DNA from: Simkaniaceae bacterium
Lineage (GTDB): Bacteria > Chlamydiota > Chlamydiia > Chlamydiales > Simkaniaceae
Direction: 5' to 3'
Length of the DNA stretch: 64,000 bases
Assembly: GCA_050248615.1 (NCBI GenBank)
Contig: JBFWSA010000004.1
Coordinates: forward strand, 1-64,000
The position numbers and the translations under genes were made by a program. Positions 55,984-64,000 of the stretch are shown here, one piece after another. The notes beneath the pieces were generated by a model. The model was not told the origin of the DNA, did no database searches, and worked only from the letters and a program-made list of their open reading frames with translations. Position 1 is the stretch's first letter. Each line of letters opens with the position of its first letter.

Positions 55984-56682
55984 TTAATAAGTGAATTGAA
56001 TCCCTGAAATCCGCTCGAGTTCTTCGAGAGAAAATTGATAATCTTTAAGCTCTCCTTTTACAGGACCATTGGGAATGACATAGACCCACGTTTTAAGGAC
56101 GTTTTTGATTACCTTGAAAAAGTGAGTGGGAACTGCAACATCGTTTTTCCCAATCACTTGATACGTCACATAACGCTTCCCATCTTTCCCCTTTTGAGGA
56201 ATAAATAAGGGTCCAGAAATCACTTCCAAGGGACCTTCTTCATCTACAAGCATCCTGACATACCGCTCTAGCTGTACCCACATCCCCCGATTGCATTGGG
56301 GATGTTGAGGGACTATATTCGAAAGATAAAACGTTTCTTTTAAAGCCTCATCTGAAAAACGGACATCGGCAGCTGGGACGACATGTCCCCGATCAAATCC
56401 TGACTTTGCATAATCTTCGAGTGTACTCCGATGAGAAGCATAGAGGTGGGGGTCTTCGCAAAAATCCATCCTTTTTCTATCTGCAACTTTGGCTAGGCTC
56501 TCTTTACTGATCTGTTCATGTGTCCAAAAAGGGATTTTTCCCCGAGAGTCGTAGGCAAGAGTATATCCTTGCCTTTCTAATATTGGAAAGGCACTGGGAT
56601 GGTGTTTTTTTTCCATCATCTGATAGGAAAAGACAGAAGCCGCTCCTACAACGACCCCAATGAAAAAGCCCAACTTTCGCAT
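55984..56682 (-). CDS. DNA/RNA non-specific endonuclease (NucA/EndoG family)
   Basis: SGFDRGH, TFYLSNIVPQ...NRG.W..LE, VPTHFFK. Confidence 0.93.
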   Translation of the reverse strand: MRKLGFFIGVVVGAASVFSYQMMEKKHHPSAFPILERQGYTLAYDSRGKIPFWTHEQISKESLAKVADRKRMDFCEDPHLYASHRSTLEDYAKSGFDRGHVVPAADVRFSDEALKETFYLSNIVPQHPQCNRGMWVQLERYVRMLVDEEGPLEVISGPLFIPQKGKDGKRYVTYQVIGKNDVAVPTHFFKVIKNVLKTWVYVIPNGPVKGELKDYQFSLEELERISGIQFTY

Positions 56683-56759
56683 GGCAACATTTTTAACAGA
56701 AAAAAAATAAAATGTATGTAAACTATTTTCTGTTTCAAAACCATCAAGGAGGAATCACC

Positions 56760-57140
56760 ATGACACAAACAAAACTTGCTAAAGGAATCTCCATGTCTTG
56801 CGTTACCGTTTCTAGCTTAGAAGAGACAAAACGCTTATTCTCTGACCTTCTGGGATTAGAAGTGAAAGAGTACGATAAGCGTTATCATTGGATGGAGCTT
56901 GAAGGAGATGAAGGAGGACGTGTAGGCTTTGGTGAGCCCATGGGAGAAGGAATGAAAGCAGGAACAAACGCTATCGTTTCCATCAGTGTAGACAATATTG
57001 AGGAAGTAAAGGCATTCCTCGAGTCTCACGACGTCCAATTTTTAGGGGATATTGTGGAAGTACCAGGCGAAGTAAAACTTGCCCTTTTTACAGATAAAGA
57101 CGGGAATCAGTACTTTCTCGCGCAGAAATTAACGTCCTGA
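56760..57140 (+). CDS. VOC/glyoxalase family protein
   Basis: V.V.SLE....F..LLGL; F.DKDGN. Start at ATG 56760 with AGGAGG RBS. Confidence 0.85.
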   Translation: MTQTKLAKGISMSCVTVSSLEETKRLFSDLLGLEVKEYDKRYHWMELEGDEGGRVGFGEPMGEGMKAGTNAIVSISVDNIEEVKAFLESHDVQFLGDIVEVPGEVKLALFTDKDGNQYFLAQKLTS

Positions 57141-57153
57141 TACTATTCAGAAC

Positions 57154-57729
57154 ATGAAGAAAATTTTTAAACGCGGTCTGATCGCCATAGCTCCTCTAGC
57201 CATTTCGATAGGAATTATCTATTGGCTCTTTACCTTTTTAGAGGAGCTTGTGGGAACTCCTATGAAAAACCTGATCGGACCCAAGTATTATTATCCCGGA
57301 ATGGGAATTTTGGCAGCAGCCATCCTCCTTTTCTTAGTCGGTGCTGTTCTCAACACATGGATCATTTCCAAAATCACCCACTTCTTTGAACGCATTCTGA
57401 AAAGAATCCCTCTCTTTAATTCTCTCTACAAAATGCTAAAAAACGTCACCCGATTTTTTCAAAGCGCGCCGGGAGGTGAGAAAAACCAGGTGGTTGAAGT
57501 AACAGTCGGAGGGATGCAGCTTGTAGGATTCATTACGCGAGAAAATTTTTCAGAGTTCCCTGCAATGGAACGCGATCGCATTGCCGTCTATCTTCCCATG
57601 AGTTATCAAATTGGAGGGTATACGGTCATCCTCCCGAAAGAAAAAGTCAAACCCATCAACCTCTCGATTGAAGAAGCTCTCCAATACAGCTTAATTGCCT
57701 GGGCTCATAAACCCCCAGAAGATCCATGA
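57154..57729 (+). CDS. DUF502 membrane protein
   Basis: F..GL....PL, RIPL..S.Y, VGFIT, AVYLPMSYQIGGY. Confidence 0.85.
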   Translation: MKKIFKRGLIAIAPLAISIGIIYWLFTFLEELVGTPMKNLIGPKYYYPGMGILAAAILLFLVGAVLNTWIISKITHFFERILKRIPLFNSLYKMLKNVTRFFQSAPGGEKNQVVEVTVGGMQLVGFITRENFSEFPAMERDRIAVYLPMSYQIGGYTVILPKEKVKPINLSIEEALQYSLIAWAHKPPEDP

Positions 57730-59366
57730 AAACTCTTTTACTCTTCCTTATTTTCTTCTTTTCAGCCCATGCAGATCTCCCTATTTCGACGTATCCCACA
57801 CACTCTGCTTGGGAACGGATCGGCGTTAAAGACCATATCGGAATTGATGTCCCTCTCCTCTGCATTCATAGTAGCCATAGCTCGGGAAATGGAGAATTTC
57901 TCGATTTAATCCCTTTGATTAACTGGCTAGCGAATAATGGAATGGACATTTTGCAGCTCCTTCCCCTCAATGATACAGGGGATATCGCAAGTCCCTACAG
58001 CCCCCTTTCATTCAATGCCCTCCATCCCATCTACATCAGCTTAGAGTCTCTCCCCTTCTTGACTCATGCAAAAGATCTTAAAAACGATCTAAAGAATTTA
58101 AAAGCTTACAACCAAACCCATCGGGTTGAATACACCACAGTTCTGCAAAAGAAACGAGAGTGGTTAAAAAAATATGTGAAAGCCTTTTCAGAAAAACTGC
58201 AAAATCGCCCTTTCTACAAAGCATTTCTTACCAAAACAACACCCTGGCTCGATAGCTACGCCCTCTATAAAGTCCTTAGAGATCACTATGGGACTCATTG
58301 GGAAACGTGGCCCGAAGAGCTTCAGACTCCGACTCATCCCGAAGTCGACAACCTCAAAAAACAATACCAGCAAGAGATGCTCTTCTACAAAATCGTCCAA
58401 TCTCTTTGCTTTGAGCAAATGGAATACGTTCATCATTATGCGAATCAAAAAGGGGTTTTTCTTTTAGGCGATATGACCTTTCTTATCGATCATAACAGTT
58501 TTGAAACCTGGCGCCATCCCGATGCCTTCAAGCTCAACTTCAGTACAGGCACCCCTCCTGACATTTTCCAACCCCAAGGACAATACTGGGGACTCCCTCC
58601 TTACAATTGGGAGGCTATTGAATCGACACATCTCCATTTAATCACCGATCGGGTTCAAACCTTTAGCTGGATTTATGACCTCTACCGCCTCGATTTTTGT
58701 AAAGGGTACTTCTATCAATATGAAATTCCTCGAGGCTCCTCACCTAAAGAGGGGAAGTTCGTCCCCGAAACTCTCGAGCAAGCTGTAAAAAATGGAAAAG
58801 AAGTGCTCACAGAAATGGCCCATACTTCAAATGCCCTCCCCGTTGCAGAAGACCTTGGCATGGCAATAGCAACCCAAAATGTCCTTCTACAATTTGGCAT
58901 TCCGGGTTGGCAAATCTTTGTCTACACCAATAGTAAAAACGCGATTGCAGATCAAATCCTGCCAGGAGAAAATGCCCCTGTCCTGAGCATCTCTCAAATT
59001 TCTAATCATGACAATCCCCCCTTGCGCCTCTGGTGGAAAGAGAATCCCGATCGCGCCAAAGTGATTGCAGCAAAAGAGGGATGGACCTATTCCCCAGAGC
59101 TCAGTTTAAAGCAGCAGCAGCAGCTCCTTTGGCAAGATCTCCATTCTGCAAGCCTCTTTCACATTGAGCTGCTTCATGATGTCTTACCCCCCCATCTGAC
59201 TAAATCGATTGAAGAGCAGCGGATTAACTATCCCGGCACTATTTCTGATAGCAATTGGACCTATCGCTATAAGCTCTCGGTTGAAGAGATTCTGCATAAT
59301 CCCGAAACCTCCCAAATGATCCGCGCCCTTTTATCCCCCATACCCCCACTCGGAAAGGCCTCTTAG
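57726..59366 (+). CDS. malQ: 4-alpha-glucanotransferase (GH77) with signal peptide
   Basis: QLLPLNDTG..SPYS, GTPPD.F...GQYWG.P.YNW, YRLD, AEDLG, NHD, RINYPG...NW.YR. Confidence 0.88.
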   Translation: MKTLLLFLIFFFSAHADLPISTYPTHSAWERIGVKDHIGIDVPLLCIHSSHSSGNGEFLDLIPLINWLANNGMDILQLLPLNDTGDIASPYSPLSFNALHPIYISLESLPFLTHAKDLKNDLKNLKAYNQTHRVEYTTVLQKKREWLKKYVKAFSEKLQNRPFYKAFLTKTTPWLDSYALYKVLRDHYGTHWETWPEELQTPTHPEVDNLKKQYQQEMLFYKIVQSLCFEQMEYVHHYANQKGVFLLGDMTFLIDHNSFETWRHPDAFKLNFSTGTPPDIFQPQGQYWGLPPYNWEAIESTHLHLITDRVQTFSWIYDLYRLDFCKGYFYQYEIPRGSSPKEGKFVPETLEQAVKNGKEVLTEMAHTSNALPVAEDLGMAIATQNVLLQFGIPGWQIFVYTNSKNAIADQILPGENAPVLSISQISNHDNPPLRLWWKENPDRAKVIAAKEGWTYSPELSLKQQQQLLWQDLHSASLFHIELLHDVLPPHLTKSIEEQRINYPGTISDSNWTYRYKLSVEEILHNPETSQMIRALLSPIPPLGKAS

Positions 59367-59368
59367 GA

Positions 59369-59893
59369 TCAGGAAAGAAAGGTTTTTACCATTTTCACTC
59401 TACTCTCTAAGCTCCCCGTCACTTCCAAGACTTCGATCGAGTCTAGTATCCCCAGAGAGTCGTAGAATAGGAGCTCTTGAAGCTTTTCATCGACAAGCAT
59501 TCTAAGCTTCAAATCCTCAGAGAAGGGAACCGGAATCCGATCCCGATGCTCGATAGGAACAAAAATGATTAGATCTAATCGCTTAATCCCACCTTTCACT
59601 CTCGGGATCCAGTTTTCAAGATCTACCTCTCCACTAGCTAGCATATAAGCTAAGCAGTCAAAAGGACACCGATCAAAGAGTGTATTTTTCTGACTCTCTT
59701 GAATGGCTACAATGGATCTCTCAAGTTGCGCTTCATAATCTTCGAGTATAGGAGGATCCGAAAACTCATATCCTTCTTCCTCAAGAAGAAAATAGGGTTC
59801 ATCAACAGATAAATAATGGGGAACGTACTCTAATAAAGATTCAATAAGAGTGGATTTCCCCGAAAAATGGGTTCCTGAAACGGCAATACGCAT
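59369..59893 (-). CDS. P-loop NTPase (AAA_28-like)
   Basis: MRIAVSGTHFSGKSTL, LFDRCPFD. Confidence 0.8.
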   Translation of the reverse strand: MRIAVSGTHFSGKSTLIESLLEYVPHYLSVDEPYFLLEEEGYEFSDPPILEDYEAQLERSIVAIQESQKNTLFDRCPFDCLAYMLASGEVDLENWIPRVKGGIKRLDLIIFVPIEHRDRIPVPFSEDLKLRMLVDEKLQELLFYDSLGILDSIEVLEVTGSLESRVKMVKTFLS

Positions 59894-59910
59894 AGATTAT
59901 TTTTTAAAAT

Positions 59911-60273
59911 TTAGATCCAATCAGGATCGCTGACTGTTTCCTTTGATGTCACATTCCCAGTGTTGATCACATTTTTAGGTTCAAAAAGGAGGATATGGGC
60001 CTCCTCTTTAGCATAAGGTAAATGCTCCATTCCCTTCGGAACAATGAAAAATTCCCCTGGATGGATCACAACTTCCCTATCCGGCATTTTGATGGTGAGT
60101 TGTCCTTTGATCACAAGAAAAAATTCCTCTTCCTCTTCATGTGAATGCCAAACAAACTCTCCTTTGGCTTTAAAAATTTTGACATGCGATTCATTCACTT
60201 GCCCTAAGATTTTAGGGGTCCAGTACACATCCACTAGTCGAAATTTTTCTTCAATATTAACCTTATCCTGCAT
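59911..60273 (-). CDS. Cupin domain protein
   Basis: GEFVWHSH..EEE.F.V..G.L, VPKGMEH.P. Confidence 0.9.
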   Translation of the reverse strand: MQDKVNIEEKFRLVDVYWTPKILGQVNESHVKIFKAKGEFVWHSHEEEEEFFLVIKGQLTIKMPDREVVIHPGEFFIVPKGMEHLPYAKEEAHILLFEPKNVINTGNVTSKETVSDPDWI

Positions 60274-60280
60274 GAGATCC

Positions 60281-61042
60281 TTAGGTAACCGCTTTTCTAA
60301 ATACGCCGGTAGCCCAATACATCGTCAAAACAGCAAAAGGAATCAAAATCAAGAATGCATAGACAATGCTAACCGCACCAAAATCTCCGACAGCTAGCGC
60401 ACGTGAGGCGTTTACGACATAAAAGACAGGATTGAAATGGGCAATCGTTTTGAGCCAGAGGGGAGCTAAAGACATGGGAAGAAGCGTTCCCGAAAGAAGG
60501 AGGATCGGAAGATTAATTCCATGTACAATCGGGGCATAACGATCTTCACTTTTCATGATCACTCCAATGGCATTACCAAAAGATGAAGTAATGAGCGTTA
60601 AAAGAGCTAAAAGAATAAATAGCACTCCCAGCCCCAAAATATTTGCGCGGAAACCAAACGGAAGGGCAATTAACACAAAAAGGAGCGATTGAAAAAGAGC
60701 TGAGCAGGTATCAAAAAAGACATGCCCTGAAAGAATCGCAAACCGACTAGAAGGGGTGACTCGTAAACGTTCAATGACCCCTGCGCGTAATTCATCAATA
60801 ATCCCAAAACCGGTAAAAAGTCCTGTAGAAAAGGCAATAATGGGGAGCATCCCAGGAACAAAAAGGGTTAAAATATGATCTGTCTCTAAACTCCCTCTGG
60901 ATACAAGGGTTCCGAGTAAGGGGGTGAAAAGGGCTAAATAAATCAGGGGTGTCCCTACACCCATGAATAAAAAGACAGGATTACGTAAACACGCTTGAAT
61001 GCACCGAAATGTTAATAATCCTACTTCTCTTAAGACCTTCAT
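60281..61042 (-). CDS. ABC-2 permease (DrrB-like)
   Basis: G..ERL.VTP.SR, LLSG...P....P.W, NPVFY.V.A.R. Confidence 0.9.
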   Translation of the reverse strand: MKVLREVGLLTFRCIQACLRNPVFLFMGVGTPLIYLALFTPLLGTLVSRGSLETDHILTLFVPGMLPIIAFSTGLFTGFGIIDELRAGVIERLRVTPSSRFAILSGHVFFDTCSALFQSLLFVLIALPFGFRANILGLGVLFILLALLTLITSSFGNAIGVIMKSEDRYAPIVHGINLPILLLSGTLLPMSLAPLWLKTIAHFNPVFYVVNASRALAVGDFGAVSIVYAFLILIPFAVLTMYWATGVFRKAVT

Positions 61043-62010
61043 ACCCTATCCTCATCACGTAGTAATCGTCCAGTTTGCTTCAAAAAGACATCATTTAAGC
61101 TAGGAACAGCAAGTTGTATGGTTTCCAATTGGATCTTTGCCTGGTCTAAGAGGCGGAGAATATGAGGAAGAGCCGACTCCCCTTTATCGACATACAAACG
61201 TAGTTCTTGTTCACTAGGGGTTATTTCTCGAACGATGGCTGTTTCCACTTCTAAAAGGGCAATAACCTGAGAGTGCATCTCTTTACGCACCCCTATTGTC
61301 ACAATATCCCCCGAAATTTCTTTTTTCAGCATCGCAGGGGTCCCCTTAGCAACAATTTTTCCATAATCCATAATCGCCAATCGATCAGAAAGAGCGTCAA
61401 CTTCATCGAGATAGTGAGAGGTTAAAAAGATAGTGATTCCTTCTGATTTCAGCTGGAAAATTTTTGTCCATAAATTCGCTCGGTTTTGAGGATCAAGCCC
61501 ATTCGTGGGCTCATCAAGGAAAAGAATGTGAGGCTGATGCATCATCCCCAAAGCAATATCTAAGCGCCTTTGCTGTCCCCCAGAATACGTCGCGACTAAG
61601 CGATGAATACACTCTCCCAAGTCAAACGTTTCAACAAGCTTTTCTCCTTGCTTCTTGGCATCCAGCTTAGACATTCCATAAAGACGTCCTTGAAGGATGA
61701 GGTTTTCCCAACCTGTCGCGCTGCGATCAGCCCCCCCTTTCTGACTCACATACCCAATCCGTTCCCGTACCTTTTGAGGATCTTTCTTTACCGGAATACC
61801 TGCAACCCAAGCTTCCCCTTTGTCAAAAGGGAGTAATGTTGTTAAAATCCGAAGCGTTGTTGTCTTGCCCGCTCCATTAGGACCTAAAAAACCAAAAATT
61901 TCCCCCCGCTTAACTTCGAGATCCACCCCCCGAAGGGCTTCCACAGGCCTCTTATTGGTCTGAAAAGTCTTCCAAACATCTGATAAAACAACGACTAGAT
62001 CTGTATCCAT
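61039..62010 (-). CDS. ABC ATP-binding protein (DrrA-like)
   Basis: GPNGAGKTT, YSGGQ, FLDEPT.GLDP, PSL.DVFL..TG. Confidence 0.92.
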   Translation of the reverse strand: MDTDLVVVLSDVWKTFQTNKRPVEALRGVDLEVKRGEIFGFLGPNGAGKTTTLRILTTLLPFDKGEAWVAGIPVKKDPQKVRERIGYVSQKGGADRSATGWENLILQGRLYGMSKLDAKKQGEKLVETFDLGECIHRLVATYSGGQQRRLDIALGMMHQPHILFLDEPTNGLDPQNRANLWTKIFQLKSEGITIFLTSHYLDEVDALSDRLAIMDYGKIVAKGTPAMLKKEISGDIVTIGVRKEMHSQVIALLEVETAIVREITPSEQELRLYVDKGESALPHILRLLDQAKIQLETIQLAVPSLNDVFLKQTGRLLRDEDRV

Positions 62011-62073
62011 AGAAAATGAGTATAATCTTCGATTAATTAATTCACAATCCTTGCATCATTATTGCATAAGGTT

Positions 62074-62100
62074 TATACTCAAACAAACTTGTTTGAGTAT
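62074..62100. repeat. Mini family B palindrome
   Basis: ATACTCAAACAA-AC-TTGTTTGAGTAT, a perfect 12-bp inverted repeat whose last two bases begin an in-frame ATG. Confidence 0.75.
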
Positions 62101-62821
62101 GTCACTAATGGCTATTAAAAGATTATTCATTACGATCATAGGGAAGATTCCCTTCAAAAAAATTGCTTTTCAATTAGCCATACTTGCCGCTATTTTCATT
62201 CCCCTTTCTGCCTATCTTGCTTACAAGAATTCTAGCTTTATTCTCGCTAGGATGATCTCCCATACAACACAAACCCCTGTTACCATTCATGCCATTGATT
62301 TCCACCAGAATTCTTTTGTTATTCAAAATCTTACGGTTGGGAACCCCCAAAAAGCTTACATTCCTACGGCCTTTAGAGCGGAACAGGTTAAAGTAGATGC
62401 CCCCTATATAGAATTCTTAAAAAAATCCATCACCATCGATCAAATCGAAATGAACAACATCTATATCAATATAGAGTTCTTTACCGAGGACAAAATAGAA
62501 GGGAATTGGCAAGAAATCCTTGAAAATATGGAAGCTGAGTATCACCCCTCCTCTGTCACTAAACGGGGAACACATATCAAAAAGCTGATTTTAAATAATA
62601 TTCAAGTGAACCTCATTCTATCCGATGGCAAAATTCATAGACTGTCACCGATTGAACATCTTGAGTTCGATGATGTGACTTCAGAACAAGGGCTTCCTAC
62701 CAAAGAAATTTCAGAAATTATTGCCCGAAAAATGGTCTATACGATTTTGAAAGAGGATGGACTTAATTTAATCATTAAAATCCCCCTCAAAGTCATCAAA
62801 ACAATTTTACCTTTTTTATAA
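62099..62821 (+). CDS. AsmA-like protein
   Basis: N-terminal TM anchor, then a beta-rich pattern (IQNLTVGNP, ITIDQIEM, NWQ.I). Start at 62099 or 62108. Confidence 0.55.
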   Translation: MSLMAIKRLFITIIGKIPFKKIAFQLAILAAIFIPLSAYLAYKNSSFILARMISHTTQTPVTIHAIDFHQNSFVIQNLTVGNPQKAYIPTAFRAEQVKVDAPYIEFLKKSITIDQIEMNNIYINIEFFTEDKIEGNWQEILENMEAEYHPSSVTKRGTHIKKLILNNIQVNLILSDGKIHRLSPIEHLEFDDVTSEQGLPTKEISEIIARKMVYTILKEDGLNLIIKIPLKVIKTILPFL

Positions 62822-63958
62822 CGCCAAATTTTCTAAAGCCTCTTGATCGAAAGTTGTTAAAAACCTTTCCAATAGTAAAACCATATTTTCAAAATCACTG
62901 CGGTCCAGAATGCCATAATGAGAATGGACATAGCGTGTGGGAATGCCGAGATTTATCACATAAGTCCCACATCCTGAGCCTTGCAAGCGACAACCATCTT
63001 GGCCATAATTAATCAGCTCCGCCTCATACTGAAAAGGAATCTCATAGGTATGAGCCAATTCTGTAAAATATTCCACTAAACCATTCGTTGGTAACATACT
63101 ATTATCATAAACAAAGATAGTAGGCCCCCTTGACAAGGAAGGATAATGTGAAAGATAGTTAGGAAAGTGTAGAGGGAAATCTTTTGCAATTCCTACTTCA
63201 AGATTGACAACAACATCAGGCTGAGTACTTGCAAAAACGGCTTGAGCCCCTTTCATAACAAATTCCTCTTGAACCGTTGCAGCAACCATTACTTCGCAGG
63301 ATAAATCTACATCTTTGAGCTTTTGTAAAGTCGTGATGATAGCAGCAAGGGCAATCCGATCATCAAAGGCTTTTGCACAGTAGCGATTTGTCCCATTTAA
63401 TACTTGAAAATCCACATCAGGGGTAATAGATAACCCGGGTCGAATCCCTAGATCTTCAGCTTCTTGTTTTGAACTGACACCAATATCTAAAAACATCCTT
63501 TTTTGTGAAACTTCTGGAATTTTTGGATAACCAATTGTGATATGAGAAGACTCAATTCCAGTAATCCCTGTGACCAACCCTTTAGGTGTCGAAATCACCC
63601 ATTTCTGCCCCACAATCACAGGATCAATCCACCAACCAATACTATCAAAGTAAATAAACCCTTCTTCAGAAATTTCCCTAACGATAAAAGCCACCTCATC
63701 CATATGTGCCATCAGGAGAACACGCGGTTTCCCCGTCCCTGTCTCCCGAAACCCTATAAGATTCCCCATCTTATCCACTTTTAAACCCACCAAAAGGTCT
63801 GATAACTGTTCCTTCATAATATTCCGAACAGGGCCTTCAAAACCAGATCCCCCGTGAGCATTCGTTAACATACGGATGAGCTCAAGAGTTGGATCATTCT
63901 CATGAGCAAAAACAACAGTTGATAGTACAAATAAATGTAGTAAGAGCTTTTTAAACAT
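62816..63958 (-). CDS. M42 family metallopeptidase with signal peptide
   Basis: G.SGFE, AHMDE, KAFDDR, TVQEE, IPTRYVHS. Confidence 0.9.
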   Translation of the reverse strand: MFKKLLLHLFVLSTVVFAHENDPTLELIRMLTNAHGGSGFEGPVRNIMKEQLSDLLVGLKVDKMGNLIGFRETGTGKPRVLLMAHMDEVAFIVREISEEGFIYFDSIGWWIDPVIVGQKWVISTPKGLVTGITGIESSHITIGYPKIPEVSQKRMFLDIGVSSKQEAEDLGIRPGLSITPDVDFQVLNGTNRYCAKAFDDRIALAAIITTLQKLKDVDLSCEVMVAATVQEEFVMKGAQAVFASTQPDVVVNLEVGIAKDFPLHFPNYLSHYPSLSRGPTIFVYDNSMLPTNGLVEYFTELAHTYEIPFQYEAELINYGQDGCRLQGSGCGTYVINLGIPTRYVHSHYGILDRSDFENMVLLLERFLTTFDQEALENLAL

Positions 63959-64000
63959 TTTGCCTCCCTATTACCTCGGTGTGCTACTTATAGCTAAATA

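Noticed and set aside
87..63784. Numerous 60-170-aa ORFs antisense to or overlapping confident genes
   Set aside because: Shadow frames with no motifs.
1..64000. CRISPR array, tRNA or rRNA genes
   Set aside because: No regularly spaced direct repeats, cloverleaf motifs or rRNA signatures seen by eye; the repeats found are dispersed palindromes.

Overview
A 64-kb, gene-dense chromosomal window from an environmental member of the Chlamydiota. A Simkania/Rhabdochlamydia-like lineage is my inference from gene content; the sequence alone does not fix the taxonomy. Bases 1-11.9 kb are the tail of the chlamydial type III secretion locus (two tandem CdsP/CT671-like genes, sctQ, pkn5, sctC). It is unusual in two ways: an amidase and an amidohydrolase sit between pkn5 and sctC, and the secretin is 1612 aa with 12 tandem ~83-aa periplasmic repeats. 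The middle holds core genes (der, a SWIM-SNF2 helicase, ald, dapF, clpP, glyA, CT398-like, rnpB, xerC, ABC-F, rnz, lon, tsaB, rpsU, dnaJ). From 42 to 64 kb are mostly accessory transporters, hydrolases and candidate effectors. The most striking signal is non-coding: at least five sequence families of non-autonomous palindromic elements whose full-length copies are all ~162-166 bp with a central bulged hairpin. They nest in each other, stack in hotspots and supply stop/start signals to neighbouring genes. One sits exactly in frame (162 bp, 54 codons) inside the signal peptide of a YidD-like gene, as Rickettsia palindromic elements do. Also present: a CIRCE over the dnaJ promoter, a degenerate CIRCE over the lon promoter, an IS30 remnant, and several normally cytosolic enzyme families carrying signal peptides. 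No rRNA, tRNA or CRISPR array was seen. All calls come from reading motifs by eye; no database searches were run.
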